NCBI GenBank assembly: GCA_030704615.1
Contig: CM060734.1
Location: forward strand, 32,674,001 to 32,738,000
Reading direction: 5' to 3'
Length of the DNA: 64,000 nucleotides
DNA from: Takakia lepidozioides
Taxonomy: Eukaryota > Plantae > Bryophyta
Shown here: positions 1-12,179 of the stretch, piece by piece
How the letters are laid out: every line of letters begins with the position of its first letter
Position numbering within the stretch: the stretch's first letter is position 1
Made by a program: the position numbers and the translations under genes
The notes under the pieces: model-generated
What the model saw: the letters and a program-made list of their open reading frames with translations, nothing else
Database searches by the model: none
Told to the model about the DNA's origin: nothing

Positions 1-860
1 CACACATTCAGCCATCTCCACATTGCCATGGATTCTGCATGCACCAAGCAAGGCCTTCCACACCACAACATCTGGATTGATTGGCATTTTATTGATCGGG
101 TCCACTGCCTCATCCAGTTGTCCCGCACGTCCAAGAAGGTCCACCATGCAGCCAAAGTGCTTTACTGTCAGATTGATACCATGATCTTCACTCAGGGAAT
201 CGAAGTAGCATCTTCCTTCATTCAGTAGGTCAGTGTGGCTGCAGGTAGAGAGAACACATATAAGCCTTGAGCACGTTGGGGAGTTGGTTGTTGTTATTGG
301 CTAGGAACCCCACTTCTTTGTGTCTCCTTGCCAAAGTGATACTGTCCGGCTTGAAGCCTTTCTTTTGCATTCCTTCAAATAGTTGCAGGACCTCCATATG
401 ACAACCATGTTGGGCATATACTGCGATCATCGCATTCCACGACACCACATTTAATTCAGCTATATTGTCAAATACTCCCTTTGCATCCTCATTGCACTCA
501 CATTTCGCATACAAGTGAACCACGGCAGTGTCCAGAATGACATTTGGTACAATTCCAGCTTTGATGATGTCACCATGAACCTCTTTGCCCTTTTCCAGGG
601 CTGCCAGGCTTGCACACGCTTTGCAAACGCACATTCTGAGCATGACAAAAGGTTATCAAATATGTTCCCGATTGAAGTGATGAACCCAAGGCGATGGGAA
701 GGCCAAAGCCATGAGATATCAGCCTCCTCTCCCGCCATGACCACGGTGTGGAGCAAGCAAGTCCTTCATAAGGTAATCTTCTCCAGCAAAATATGTTGGC
801 TAATTGGGCATGGAGAGTAAGGCATCCTTGAAGGTACCTGAGATAAGCATAGAACATCTA
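1..860 (-). pseudogene. PLS-class PPR gene fragment (frameshifted)
   Basis: ORF 230..643 has L/S/P-type PPR motifs (ACASLAALEKGKEVHG, LYAKC, VVSWNAMIAVYAQHG). Its C-terminal part resembles 31680-31900 and 36620-36880. Confidence 0.85.
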
Positions 861-2089
861 GGGCTTATGAATGCTGAAATTTTTGAGCTAGGCCTCGGTA
901 AGACAGCTTGCTGGAGTAGACGTGTACACCTAATACATGATCCGGTCAATGCACATTACTCTTGTTTGCCGGTCCCCTGTAGCCGATGCCTTATGTCAGA
1001 TTTAGATACCTTACGATAAGAATGAGTTCCATTTCTTTGGCTCAAATGTTTCTATGTTTCTCCTGGTTATGGCTTTGCTCTTTATAGCACCATAAAAAAA
1101 TACCCAATTATGATATGCTGCTGGTAGATGTTTTTGTCTGAATATAACCAGGTGGTAAACCCCTGCCAGACTTCATTACCTAAGTCCCAATACCTGCCCC
1201 CTTGGGTTTTGTACACATGTTTTACCCAAAACAAGGGGTGGGTAAACACTAAAAGTTTGATATAAGATTTCCCGATTGTTACTTTATGACAATCATTAGG
1301 GGCGACTATCTCTTGTTCCCTATGGCATACTGATGTGACAATGGAGCAATGATATGACAAGCTGATGGCTTTAAAGAATTTATCTGGTAACATGCTACAA
1401 TGTAGGGCAGACCTGTTTTCATGACCAGACAGTGTTCTTGAATGTACAAGCATTGGAAACTTAGCCTCTTTTAGAAGCCGGTTACTCTAGGACACTTGAT
1501 ACCGTGCCAAACTGATATGGATGGATCTTTTGTGGCCAAATCTGGTCCTTGGTTATATGCCCTTGAATGTTTACCTATTTTCCAAAACGGTAAGACATTG
1601 GTAGATGCGAAGAGAATGATTCAGGCATTGTATTCAAGTCGCTTTAGGATAAATATACCAAAGTAACCTGCAGGCCTGATGGGATGAGCAATACAGATTC
1701 TTTGTGTTTCCTATGGATGATTGCATGGCATGTAAATCTGATTACAGCCTGTTATGGTAATGATTTCCCTACCCCAGACATAGAACTTGGTCTTGGGGCA
1801 TGGAATAAGAGGTGGGAATATTACTCTACCCTGTCATTGAAATTACACACCAGCCCCAGATCTAAAACAGATCAGGGGGCAAAAAACATGGTGTCAATAA
1901 GTGACTTGATGTGCAAAATAGGGCAGCTGATTACCCCTTGTTGTATAAGCTGCCAAATATCAGTCCGTAACCCTGCTTCGGTGATGTTCTTTATGTAAAG
2001 AAATGCTCTTATTTTGTTCTTAAGCCTTCTATGATCATAAATGGCTTCTTTAAGACAAACAGACATTTCCAGCCATGAACAGTGATCAA

Positions 2090-3123
2090 TGGATCCTTAT
2101 TTGGACATGGATACTTACTGCTCAGTCACTTGGCACCAACATTGAGAACACAAATGAATGTGGCTTGCACACGCATTACAAATGCACACAAACGTTATGT
2201 GGTCGGGCTTCCCCCCTTCCCCCATCATGGACCTCTTTGCCCTTTTCCAGGGCTGCCAGGCCTGCACAAGCATTGCAAACGCTCACAAACGTGATGTGGT
2301 TGCATTTCACCCCTTCCCCCATCATTTGCTCATAGGTATGATCCAAGGCCCTGCTGTGCATACCCTGCAAGCATGGTGTTCTATGACACCAAATCTCGTT
2401 CAGCCATATTGTTGAACACTCCCTCCACATCCTCAATGCTCCCACATTGGCATACATGTCCACGAGGGTATTGTTCAGAATCACATCTGTACAATTCCAA
2501 CTTTGGCGATGCAACCATGCACCTCTTTGTCCTTTTCCAGGGCTGCCAGGCTTGCACACGCACTGCAAACGCACACAAACGTGATGTGGTCGCGCTTCAA
2601 ACCCTTCCCCCATCATTTGCTCATAGGTCTCCAAGTCCTCCATCCCACGCCCTGCTGTGCATATCCTGCAAGCATCACATTCCACGACAACAAATCTCGT
2701 TCAACCATATTGTTGAACACTCCCTCTGCATCCTCAATGCTCCCACATTTGGCATACATGTCCACCAAGGCAGTGTTCAGGATCACACCTGGTACAGTTC
2801 CAGCTTTGGCAATGCAACCATGCACCTCTTTGCCCTTTTCCAGGGCTGCCAGGCTTGCACACACCCCGCAAACGCACACAAACGTGATGTGGTCGGGCTT
2901 CACCCCTTCCCCCATCATTTGCTCATAGGCCTCCAAAGCCTCCATCCCACCCCCCTGTTGTGCATACCCTACAAGCATCGCGTTCCACGACACCACATCT
3001 TGTTCAGCCATTTGAAAACTCCCTTCGCGTCCTTCATGCACCCACATTTGGCATACATGTCCACCAGGGCAGTGTTCAGGATGACATCTGGTACAAATCT
3101 AGCTTTGACGATGTCACCATGGA
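2090..3123 (-). pseudogene. PLS-class PPR tandem array fragment, interrupted by the chromovirus insertion
   Basis: ORFs 2613..3047 and 2176..2685 contain repeated VVSWNAMLxGYAQQG / PDHITFVCVC / NTALVDMYAKCG motifs. The array stops at ATGGA (3119-3123). Confidence 0.9.
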
Positions 3124-3848
3124 TGTCGCGGCCCTTTGCCTTGAGGGCAGGGGGTCGGGACACATGAGGGGCTGCCCCTGTGGTGGGGGCAGCAGCAGCG
3201 ATAGGTATAGGGGGCTGAAGCACCCTTGAGTGCCCAAGGCACTCAAGGACGCGGAGGCGCTCACTAGGTGGAGCCCCGCACACCGGGTTGCGGTGGGGGT
3301 GGCTCCACAAGGGGTGGTGGTAGCTTAGCGGGACTTAGTGGGGGTGGCATAGGACTCACCATGGGGGCGGAGACCTCGTGGTGGGAGTCGTGGGGAGTCT
3401 TGGGACTCATCACAGTCCATAGGGGCCGTGGTGAGCGGGCCAAGACTCACCGCAACTCATCACCGGGAGTCGAGGGTTTTCGTGGTGGTTCGCCATAAAA
3501 TGGCATGGCTGGTTGTGAAACCCCCGCGGACAGCTACAGAAGTATATATAGGGAGTAGTAACCCCGAGAACGGTGCAAACCCGTTGGTGACCAAAACTAG
3601 TGAGTAAGCGAGCGAGCCGGAAAGCGACCAAAGAGTGGGAGCTGTTCCGGACTGCCATCTACCAAAGGGAATTATCCTAGTCCCAAATAGGTGGAGGGTT
3701 TAGAAGGAAGCGAAGGGGACCGTTATGTCCCGGTGAGCAGCCGAAGCTCCAAGTTGGCCCGGGCGGCCAGGTTGGGAGTCAGGCGCGCGCATCAAAGCGA
3801 GTAACTATGACTTGACGGGGAGCTTACCGAAGTGAGGTGCGCGCGACA
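3124..3848 (+). repeat. 5' LTR of element A
   Basis: Starts TGTCGCG and ends CGCGACA. Near-identical reverse-complement copy at 28507-29229. TATATATA box near 3543. Confidence 0.92.
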
Positions 3849-3850
3849 CT

Positions 3851-3862
3851 TGGTATCAGAGC
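3851..3862 (+). promoter_or_regulatory. Primer-binding site, initiator tRNA-Met type
   Basis: TGGTATCAGAGC lies 2 nt after the LTR end; this is the canonical plant iMet PBS. Confidence 0.92.
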
Positions 3863-3903
3863 TTAGAGTTCAGTACACGATCGTCCTTGGGATTGGCCTC
3901 ATC

Positions 3904-5765
3904 ATGGGGTCGGGCAAGCCGAAGCGAAAGCGGAACGGCCCAAAAGATGATGATCCCGGTGAGCCCGATGGGGGCGGCGTGTCATCGAGGCGGCCGTTTG
4001 AGGAAGCGATGCATGTTTCCGAAAACGAGGCCGCCCAAGAGCGGGAGGAATCCGAGGAGTCGGAGCCCGAGGAATCCTTGAGAGCTCCGACAAACCAAGA
4101 GATGCCTCCCATGCCGGCAGCCTTTTGGGAAGGGTTGTTGGCGCAGTTTGGCGGGACGTTGAAAGACGTGTTGAAGGCGGCCAATGCCACTTCCGCTAAG
4201 GCAAAGTTTAAGGTGAAGCTAAGGAACCCGGCACCTTCAAGGGCGTCCGAAATCGGAAGGCACTCAACACCTGGCTCTTGGAGCTAGAGCAGTACTTCCG
4301 GGCGGCCAAGTTGAGTGATGAGGATCGGGTGGAAGTGGCTCCCACCTATTTGAGGGGCTATGCTCAACAATGGTGGCAGAAACGCCTTCACGACCGAGGT
4401 CCAAGCCCGGAAACCTTGAACTGGAGTGGGTTCAAGGAATTGATGAAGAGACAGTTTGTGCCTCTCAACGCGTCCTGGCTCGCCCGGGACAAGATGAGGA
4501 ATTTGAATCAAACAGATGACATTCGGGGATATGTCCAGGCTTTCAATGTGTTGTTGCTCGAAGTCGCGGACATGGCAGAACCAGAAATGGTCTTCAACTT
4601 TGTGGCGGGACTGGCCCCATGGGCCAGGCGGAAGTTGGAGGAGAAGCCACCCAAGACTTTGAACGAGGCTATTGAGAGGGCTGAATGTTTCTCAGACGTC
4701 CCTAGGGATGAGAGACAAGGCCGTACGGAGCTGAACTACAAGAAGATTCGGCGGGAAGGTGACTCCTTCCGACCGGAAAAGAAGTGGGATAGGCCACACG
4801 GCAAAAATGGCACGTGGAAATCAAAAGGAGGGCCTTCACACGTCAAGGCGGCACCCGGTGCTTCGAAAGGAAAAGCGGGTGGAGCGGCTTATGGCGGACA
4901 GAAGGCGACCTTTGATGGGTGTTTCAATTGCGGGGAGCCCGGGCACATGGCCAAGAAGTGCACGAAGCCCCGGCAATTGAACATGACTCGGGCGACCACG
5001 GAGCTGTCGGAAGATACCATCAGTCGCTTGGTGGAAGCGATGGTCGCCAGGACTTGCAAGGTAGGCAAATTTTCTTGTGAGTTGTATCAGGAAACTGGCG
5101 CCTTACGAAAAGGGAGTCAGTTATTGTTCGTGGATGGGATAATATCCGGAACTAATGTGTCGTTGTTGGTGGACACAGGAGTGTCGCACTCCTTCATGAC
5201 ACCGGCAACGGCACGAAAGCTGGGACTCCCAACAAGTGACGTGTGGGCCTCTATTGAGGTGCGTTCTGCCAAAGGAGAACCACAGTTTGGCGACAAGGTT
5301 GGCGTTTGATGTTCCTCTTCAACTGGGGAGTTGGGAGGGACGTGAGAACTTCACCATCTGCGAGATCGATGGAGTAGATCTCATTTTGGGGATGACCTTT
5401 TTGAGCAAATCCGGAGCGGTCATAGATGGCCGCAAGAGAGTAGTCACGCTGCCATGTGGGAATGGTGGCGAGGTCTTACGAGTGTCGGAAACGCCCAAAT
5501 CGTGGGAGGGCGAATAAACCTTATGTCAGCAAGGGAGTGGGCCGTGGAGGAGGCACACGAACCCCAGTTTTTGCTTTACATTACAGAAGTGAAGGGAGAA
5601 GGCGATGGGGAGCCGAGCCCAGATTGGATCAAGGGGATTTTGGAGAAATACCAGGATGTGATGCCGGAGGATTTACCAAGCGGCTTGCCACCGCGAAGAG
5701 GAGTTGACCACAAGATTGAGGTGATACCGGATCGGAACCGCCTGCCAAGGCACCCTACCGGTTGA
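3904..5765 (+). pseudogene. gag: Element A gag and aspartic protease (frameshifted)
   Basis: Retrotransposon gag core (ELEQYF...YLRGYAQQWW), CCHC knuckle CFNCGEPGHMAKKC and protease LVDTG, spread over several frames. Confidence 0.88.
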
Positions 5766-7042
5766 GCCACAGGGAGTTGGTCGAGCTGAAGACTCAGCTC
5801 AAGGATCTAATGTCAAAGGGGTACATCCGGCCGAGTAAGTTACCTTACGGAGCCCCGGTGCTATTCGCAGACAAGAAGGATGGGACGCTGCGGATGTGTG
5901 TCGATTACAGGGCTCTGAATAAGGTGACTATAAAAAACCGGTACCCTTTGCCAAGGATCGACGACCTCTTCGATCGGTTGGCAGGAGCGAAGTATTTCAG
6001 CCGGATCGACTTGCGCTCTGGCTATCATCAAATTCGGGTGGCGGAAGGAGATGAGGAGAAGACCACGTGCAGGACAAGGTATGGTTCATATGAGTTCTTG
6101 GTGATGCCTTTTGGGCTCACCAATGCACCAGCACATTTAGCACGCTGATGAACAGCCTTTTCAGGAGTGGTTGGATGACTTTGTGATCGTGTACATTGAT
6201 GATATCTTGGTGTATTCGAAAACAAAGGAGGAGCACCTGGAGCACCTCAAAAGGGTGTTCCAGAAATTACGAGAAGGGAAGCTGTATGCCAAAGCTTCAA
6301 AGTGCGAATTCGGGGTCACGAAAGTAGAGTTCTTGGGGCATGTGATTACACAGGATGGGATCGAAATGGATGACAGAAAGGTGAGGGCGATCTTGGACTG
6401 GGAGCCTCCGACTTCGGTCCTGGGAGTGCGTTCCTTCCTAGGACTCGCCTCCTATTACCGGAAGTATGTGAGAAATTTCGCCAAGATCGCGGGGCCGCTG
6501 TCGGACCTTCTGTGTAAATCTAAAGTCTGGGCATGGAACACCTTTTGTGGCCAAGCTTTTGCTGAATTGAAGCAGTGGATGGCGGAAGCTCCAGTCTTGA
6601 AAATCCCGGAGTTCGATCGTCCGTTCGAGATACATACAGATGCGTCGGACTTCGCGATTGGGGGTGTACTGATGCAAGATGGACGTCCAGTGGCTTACGA
6701 AAGTAAGAAACTGAATGAAGTGGAGCGACGGTGGCCGACGCACGAAAAAAAGATGAAGGCGGTGGTGCACTGTCTTGAGCTCTGGCGCCACTGTGTTGGT
6801 TCCAACCCAGTGAAGGTGTTCACGGACAATGTCACGGTGAAGTATTTTTCCACGCAGCCCAAGTTCCCCAAAACAACTTAGGTGGCAAGATACTTTGGCG
6901 GTGTTCGACGTGGATATCCAGTACAAACCGGGACGAGACAACGTGGTGGCCGATGCTTTAAGTAGAAAGCAGCAGCTCTTGTTGGTGTACAAGGGCGAGA
7001 CGGCGCTCCAAAGGAAGATCCGGAAGGCTTGCCGGAAGGATG
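5762..7042 (+). pseudogene. pol: Element A reverse transcriptase and RNase H (frameshifted)
   Basis: [29 protein letters not shown] and NVVADALSR motifs. Cut at 7042 by element B copy 1. Confidence 0.93.
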
Positions 7043-7562
7043 TGTCGTGCACATACATATCGCTACACAACTACATCGCTGTCCAAACCACACCACACAT
7101 ATATGCACAATAAAGTAGTCTGCACAATGATAAGAGCTTGAAAGGACATACACTCCCAACACAAAATATAAATCCATCGCTATCACTCATTTAAACTGAA
7201 GTCGAGCCAGGGGCACCCAAGCTATGGGGACTCCACCCCACAACAACCTGTATCCCTACATAAGCACACTAAACCTAAACACATGCAGGAGCTCGGTCGC
7301 GCAGGCTCAACTCGAGAGAGATGCCTGCGCGACTGCCGCTCTCGTGAAGATAAGACAGACCAGGTGTCAAACTAAACTTGACACCTGATTTAACACTTGA
7401 CCTAAATCCAAGTGTTAAATACAAATAACTAGTTTTATTCTAGCTGTTTTCACACTGTGCTTATTTAACTTGACAGCTGTCGTGCGCATACATATCGCTA
7501 CACAACTACATCGCTGTCCAAACCACACCACACATATATGCACAATAAAGTAGTCTGCACAA
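7043..7562 (-). repeat. 3' terminal B-GC-A-B repeat block of element B copy 1
   Basis: B2 at 7043-7127, A2 at 7128-7475, GC at 7476-7477 and B1 at 7478-7562. A polypurine tract (minus strand AGGGGGGCGA) is adjacent at ~7563-7573. Confidence 0.93.
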
Positions 7563-7819
7563 TCGCCCCCCTAGCTGGTGGATAGGTCCCTCTACCTCCA
7601 GATAGCTACAAGATGTAATAGCCACAGCCGTACTAAGTCCTCTATCACTGTCCCTATCGTACTCAAACTCTATAGACCAAGAGGCCGGGCAAGAGTAGCC
7701 CCATCGTTAGTCGCCGTCTTGCAATCTGTGAACTTGAGCCAGGACTTCGTGTGTTCAAGGTCTCCTAGTAGCTGGGCCTTGCGTTGCTTGTTAGCCTCCC
7801 ATGGTTGTATCCACTCCCA

Positions 7820-10800
7820 CTATCCAATGCATTGTGGACATAACCAATCCCCATCTGGAACCATCTCAAGAGGTGGAGTCAAGCACCCCATATGCCAACC
7901 TCTAGAGCATCGATCACACACCAGCATGGTGGCTGCCCCTTTAGCAGACCCACACAACATGCACCTCAAACCTGCAGATACCACTGCCAGTTTGGGTCAA
8001 TCCTGCCATCGACATTCGGAAGGTGACATGGCGCACAATTACGCACATGGTCCTTCCAAGTTATGCCATCCCGACCCTCCAAGACCAAGACGCCTGAGGG
8101 CAAGACCTCTCGAACCCTCAAAATAACACGTCCTGCAGTCACATCCAGGGTCGTAGGAGCAGTCTGCTGCAGATAGACATAGTCACCAGGGTTGAATCTC
8201 CGAACCCCAGGACGATAGCCCCCACCACGTATGGTAGCATACCTCAACGTATCACGGTGTTGTGCAATGGCAAGGTTCTCGAAAGCCATGGGCATGACTC
8301 TCTTGAACAACTCTGCACGCTGCTCACATGCACGTGCCCACACGTCCGGATCGTCAAGGTTAAGAACTGTAGCAGCTTCTCTGCGAATGGATGTAGGCAA
8401 ATCCGGCTCTCGGCAAAGAGAAGAAAGTATGGTGAGAAGGAGGCAAGTGATGCTTGCTTGCTGAACCTGTAGCCCATGGCTAACCAGGGTAACTGAAGGT
8501 CCCAATCTCCTAGGTGTCCCTTCTGCAAGCCATACTTGCGCAAACCCCTCTTTACTGTCTGAACAACTCTCTCTGCCAAGCCATCGGCTTCAGGATGATC
8601 CCGAGAAGTGGTGCGGTGGTCTATCAAGGCCTTGTCACACAAAGCCTGAAACTCCCCCAAGAACTCTCTCCCTTGGTCCGTGAGTACCTCAGCTGGAGCA
8701 CCGAATCGGCTAAGCACACAATCCAGGAATGCATACGCAGCTCCCTCACTAGCCTTATCAGGCAATGGAACCAATTCAATCCACTTGGAGAAGTGCTCCA
8801 CCATCACCAACACGTACTTGTTGTGGCGCATGGTCAGTGGCAACGGCCCTGCGAAGTCAAGACTCCACCTGTAGCCCAATCCCATGATCGGAAGAGGGTG
8901 CAATTGTGGAGTAGGGGCGTTGAATGAAGCACGCACCCTGTCACACACCATGCACCTAGCCACAAATTGTTGCACCTCTGTGTGCATACCACGCCACCAA
9001 TACTGCCCCTGCAGTAGACTATGAGTGCGTCGCACCCCAAAATGCCCCAACTCCTCATGGGCATGCCGCACTAACCGTGCCCGCTGTGTTGGGTGAGGCA
9101 CAATCCTCACTCGACCATCCTCCCACACTCGGAGCAGGTGTGTCCCCTCCCACTTGAACCTCTTGGCTCGTTGTAGGATCCGATCCCTCTCCTTGGCAGT
9201 CATAGTGGCTGCCGTGTCTCCACTGCGGAGGTAGTCCAACACAACTGAATCCTCATGTATATCTTTGGCGCCACCCTGCTCATTGCTGGCCTCAGGGTCC
9301 TCAGACACTTGATCTACAGTCATCCCTGTTGTAGGTCCAACCTGGCCTTCCGCTGCCAAGATACACAGAAATGCAGATGCATGCCATCCGGGCACCATCT
9401 CCTCGTCCGTCTCACCATGCCACCGAGCTCCAGTGTCATCCTGCTGGCTCGTGCATGGATTGCGACTCAACCCATCTGCATTTCGATTGACCAAACCCGG
9501 TCGATGCACCACCTGAAAGTCATACTCTTGAAGGATGAGTGCCCACCGTGCAAGCTTCCCCGTAAGCTTGTCTGACTCCATCAACCACTTGAGTGGTTGG
9601 TGATCCGTGACAAGGGTGAAGAGATTGCCGTATAGATAGCACCTGAAGTGTGCCACGGCCCACACTGCAGCTAAGCATTCTCCCTCATATGAGCTATACT
9701 TAGACTCTGCAGCATTGTTCGAGCGGCTAGCATAAGCCACTACGAACTCTCTTCCCTCATCATCCACCTGTGTGAGCACCGCTCCAAGCCCCAGCATGCT
9801 CCAATCTGTATGCAGCTGAAAAGGACGCCCCCTGATAGGTCGTCTCAAGATGGGCGCCGAGGTCAACCTCGCCTTGAGCTCTTGAAAAGCTTGTTCTTGC
9901 TCGGTCCACCTTGGTCAGCTTGGTTAGAGCCTTTGCAATGGCACTAAATCCCTTAACAAACCGTCTGTAATAGTTTGCTAACCCCATGAAAGCTCGAACT
10001 CGGCTCACATCCGTGGGGCGTGGAACCTGTGCAATGGACTCTACCTTAGTCTGCTGTACCCCCAATCCTCCAGGATATATCATGTGACCCAGATACTCAA
10101 TCTGGTTGTGGAAAAACTTGCACTTGCCCGGATGTAACTTCAATCCGTGCGTCCTCAAGCGCTCAAATACCCCCTGAAGGTGTCTCTCATGCTCCTCCAC
10201 CGTAGCACTAAAGATGATGATGTCATCTATGTAGCACCGAGCAAACTCCACCCCTGCTAGAATCCTGTCCATGACTCTTTGAAACTCAGCGGGAGCGTTT
10301 TTAAGCCCAAATGGTAAGAACCGCCACTGGTATAGGCAATCCTTCCCGTGCTCATTGATCCCCCAGAATGCCGTCTTTTGCTTATCCGCCTCCTTGATCG
10401 GCAACTGGTGATATCCGGATCGTAAATCCAACGTGCTAAAGACCTTGGAATGCCCAATGGCATCAAAGATCTCCTCTGGTGTTGGCATGGCATACCTATC
10501 GGACTTGGTCTGACGATTTACAGGCCGGTAATCACCGCACATACGTCTCTCCGTCCAATTGCCATAGACATCCTTCTTAGCTGGCATCACTGTGGCTGAA
10601 GCATACTCTCCACCAGAGAGCTCCACCAAACCTGCCTCCCAGAGATCTTGAGTCCTCATCTGAATCAAAGACCTCTCCATGTCACTGTATCTATAGGGTC
10701 TCCGAAAGATTGGCGTGTCAGTGGCCAACTCAATACGGATCTCTTGACCCTTCAGTGCTCCCAAGTCCTTCAAACTGAAGGCAAAGCAATTCCTGTAAGC

Positions 10801-10932
10801 CCTCAGGAACCGCCGTATACGTCGTCTCTCTCCTCCGGTGACAATGGGTCCAATGTCAGGCTCCCAATTGTCCTCCGTAACTGCAACCTTAAGTCCAGTG
10901 GGCTTAGAGGTAGAGGACGCGTCCCGTGGTTG
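7820..10932 (-). pseudogene. pol: Element B copy 1 RT-RNase H-integrase-PHD (small indels)
   Basis: ORFs 9760..10773, 8244..9866 and 7966..8505 match the intact 991-aa ORF at 50302..53277 almost residue for residue. Confidence 0.93.
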
Positions 10933-11249
10933 CTATGCTGCAACTCTTGAGCAGTACCCCTTCCTGCTCAGTCAATGACAAGGCCTCATCCTGCCCCATC
11001 ATCTCATCATTGAGAACCTCCTCATCCCGAGAAGAATCCCAACCTCATCCATCACAGCTGCCTTCGCTGCCAACTCCCTCTGAACCTCGAGCACCTCCCA
11101 CGTGTGCCATGGATGTCTACACCTCGTGGTCCTCACCGGCTCGCCCCCACTCGCTGCCTGTACCGTCTCGGTAGGCAGAGAGACCGTCAAGGGAAGTGCA
11201 CTCCGCACTCTACGTTGCTCAGCCATAGCCAAGCTGACAATCCAGGTCA

Positions 11250-12177
11250 AGCAATTGAGATCCATTGCTTGCCCCAACACCTGACGACGTGATGCCTCAG
11301 AAAGAGAAGGCACCGCCGTGGTCCCAGTGGAAAACCCCATAGCCCGCTCTCGCTCGTCGGCATTAGGCTCCACTAACTGCTGCAACTGAGCATCCCACAG
11401 GAGGCCAGGTCCACCATCCCGAAAAGCATGGGATCCTGGGAAGCTGAGCAGTGTAGGTAATGCTGCTCGTGGTTGACCCACCTGTTGACCACTGCCAAAA
11501 GCGAACGGTCATCGTGTCTCACACGTTGAGACTGCCTTCCTGTGTCCAAAATGCCATCCACGGTGAGGTGTGCTGGCCGCTGCACCCCATCAAATGCACG
11601 CTTGAGCAGTGCGGGTGGCATCAAGTTAGTCCACCATAGTCGTGGACGATGAGCCCGTGACCCCACTGCAGCTGCATCCAGCAATACTGCTGACCCAAGC
11701 CACGACCGGACTTGATGCACACTGGCCATCACCCTGGCCCGAGAATCACCCATCAGTGGTACATTCTCCAAGATGTATGCTGGAGATACAGCTTGATGAA
11801 GCTGCAAGCAGCGCAAAATCCGCACCATCTCCCAAAACAGACCCGTCCTCGAGTCTCGCAATCCATTGCCATGCCCGGCTGATGAATGCCCTTGGCAGGG
11901 CCAACCTGCCACTATCAGATCAATGGAGCCAACCTGCTCCAAATCTTGCGCCCCCAACAAGGAAATGTCTGCTGGCAAGGCTTGTTGGTATCCACGAACT
12001 GCAGACACAGGCAACAAGTCAGGGTACTGCTGTACCAACTGAGCCACATGGCGCAGTGAGACGCGTCGTGCAGTCTCATCCCTCTCCACATACAGGTAAC
12101 GCCTTACCCGCACACCTGCCTGTAGCACAGCAGCCAATCCGGTGCTGATCCCGCCAAACAAGTCCAGAAGGCAAATG
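11250..12177 (-). pseudogene. DNMT3-like C5 cytosine methyltransferase domain of element B copy 1
   Basis: LLDLFGGISTG (motif I), IDLIVAGWPCQGHS (IV), YILENV (VI), RAHRPRLWWTNL (VIII), ERERAMGF (IX) and LGQAM (X). One frameshift near 11480. Confidence 0.9.
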
Positions 12178-12179
12178 CC

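Noticed and set aside
870-2085. Possible degraded LINE or gene between PPR blocks
   Set aside because: No motif could be read with confidence in any frame; left unannotated.
2373-3167. Long plus-strand ORFs over PPR arrays (e.g. 264 aa here, 253 aa at 26425) as novel proteins
   Set aside because: They are antisense shadows of repetitive PPR coding sequence.
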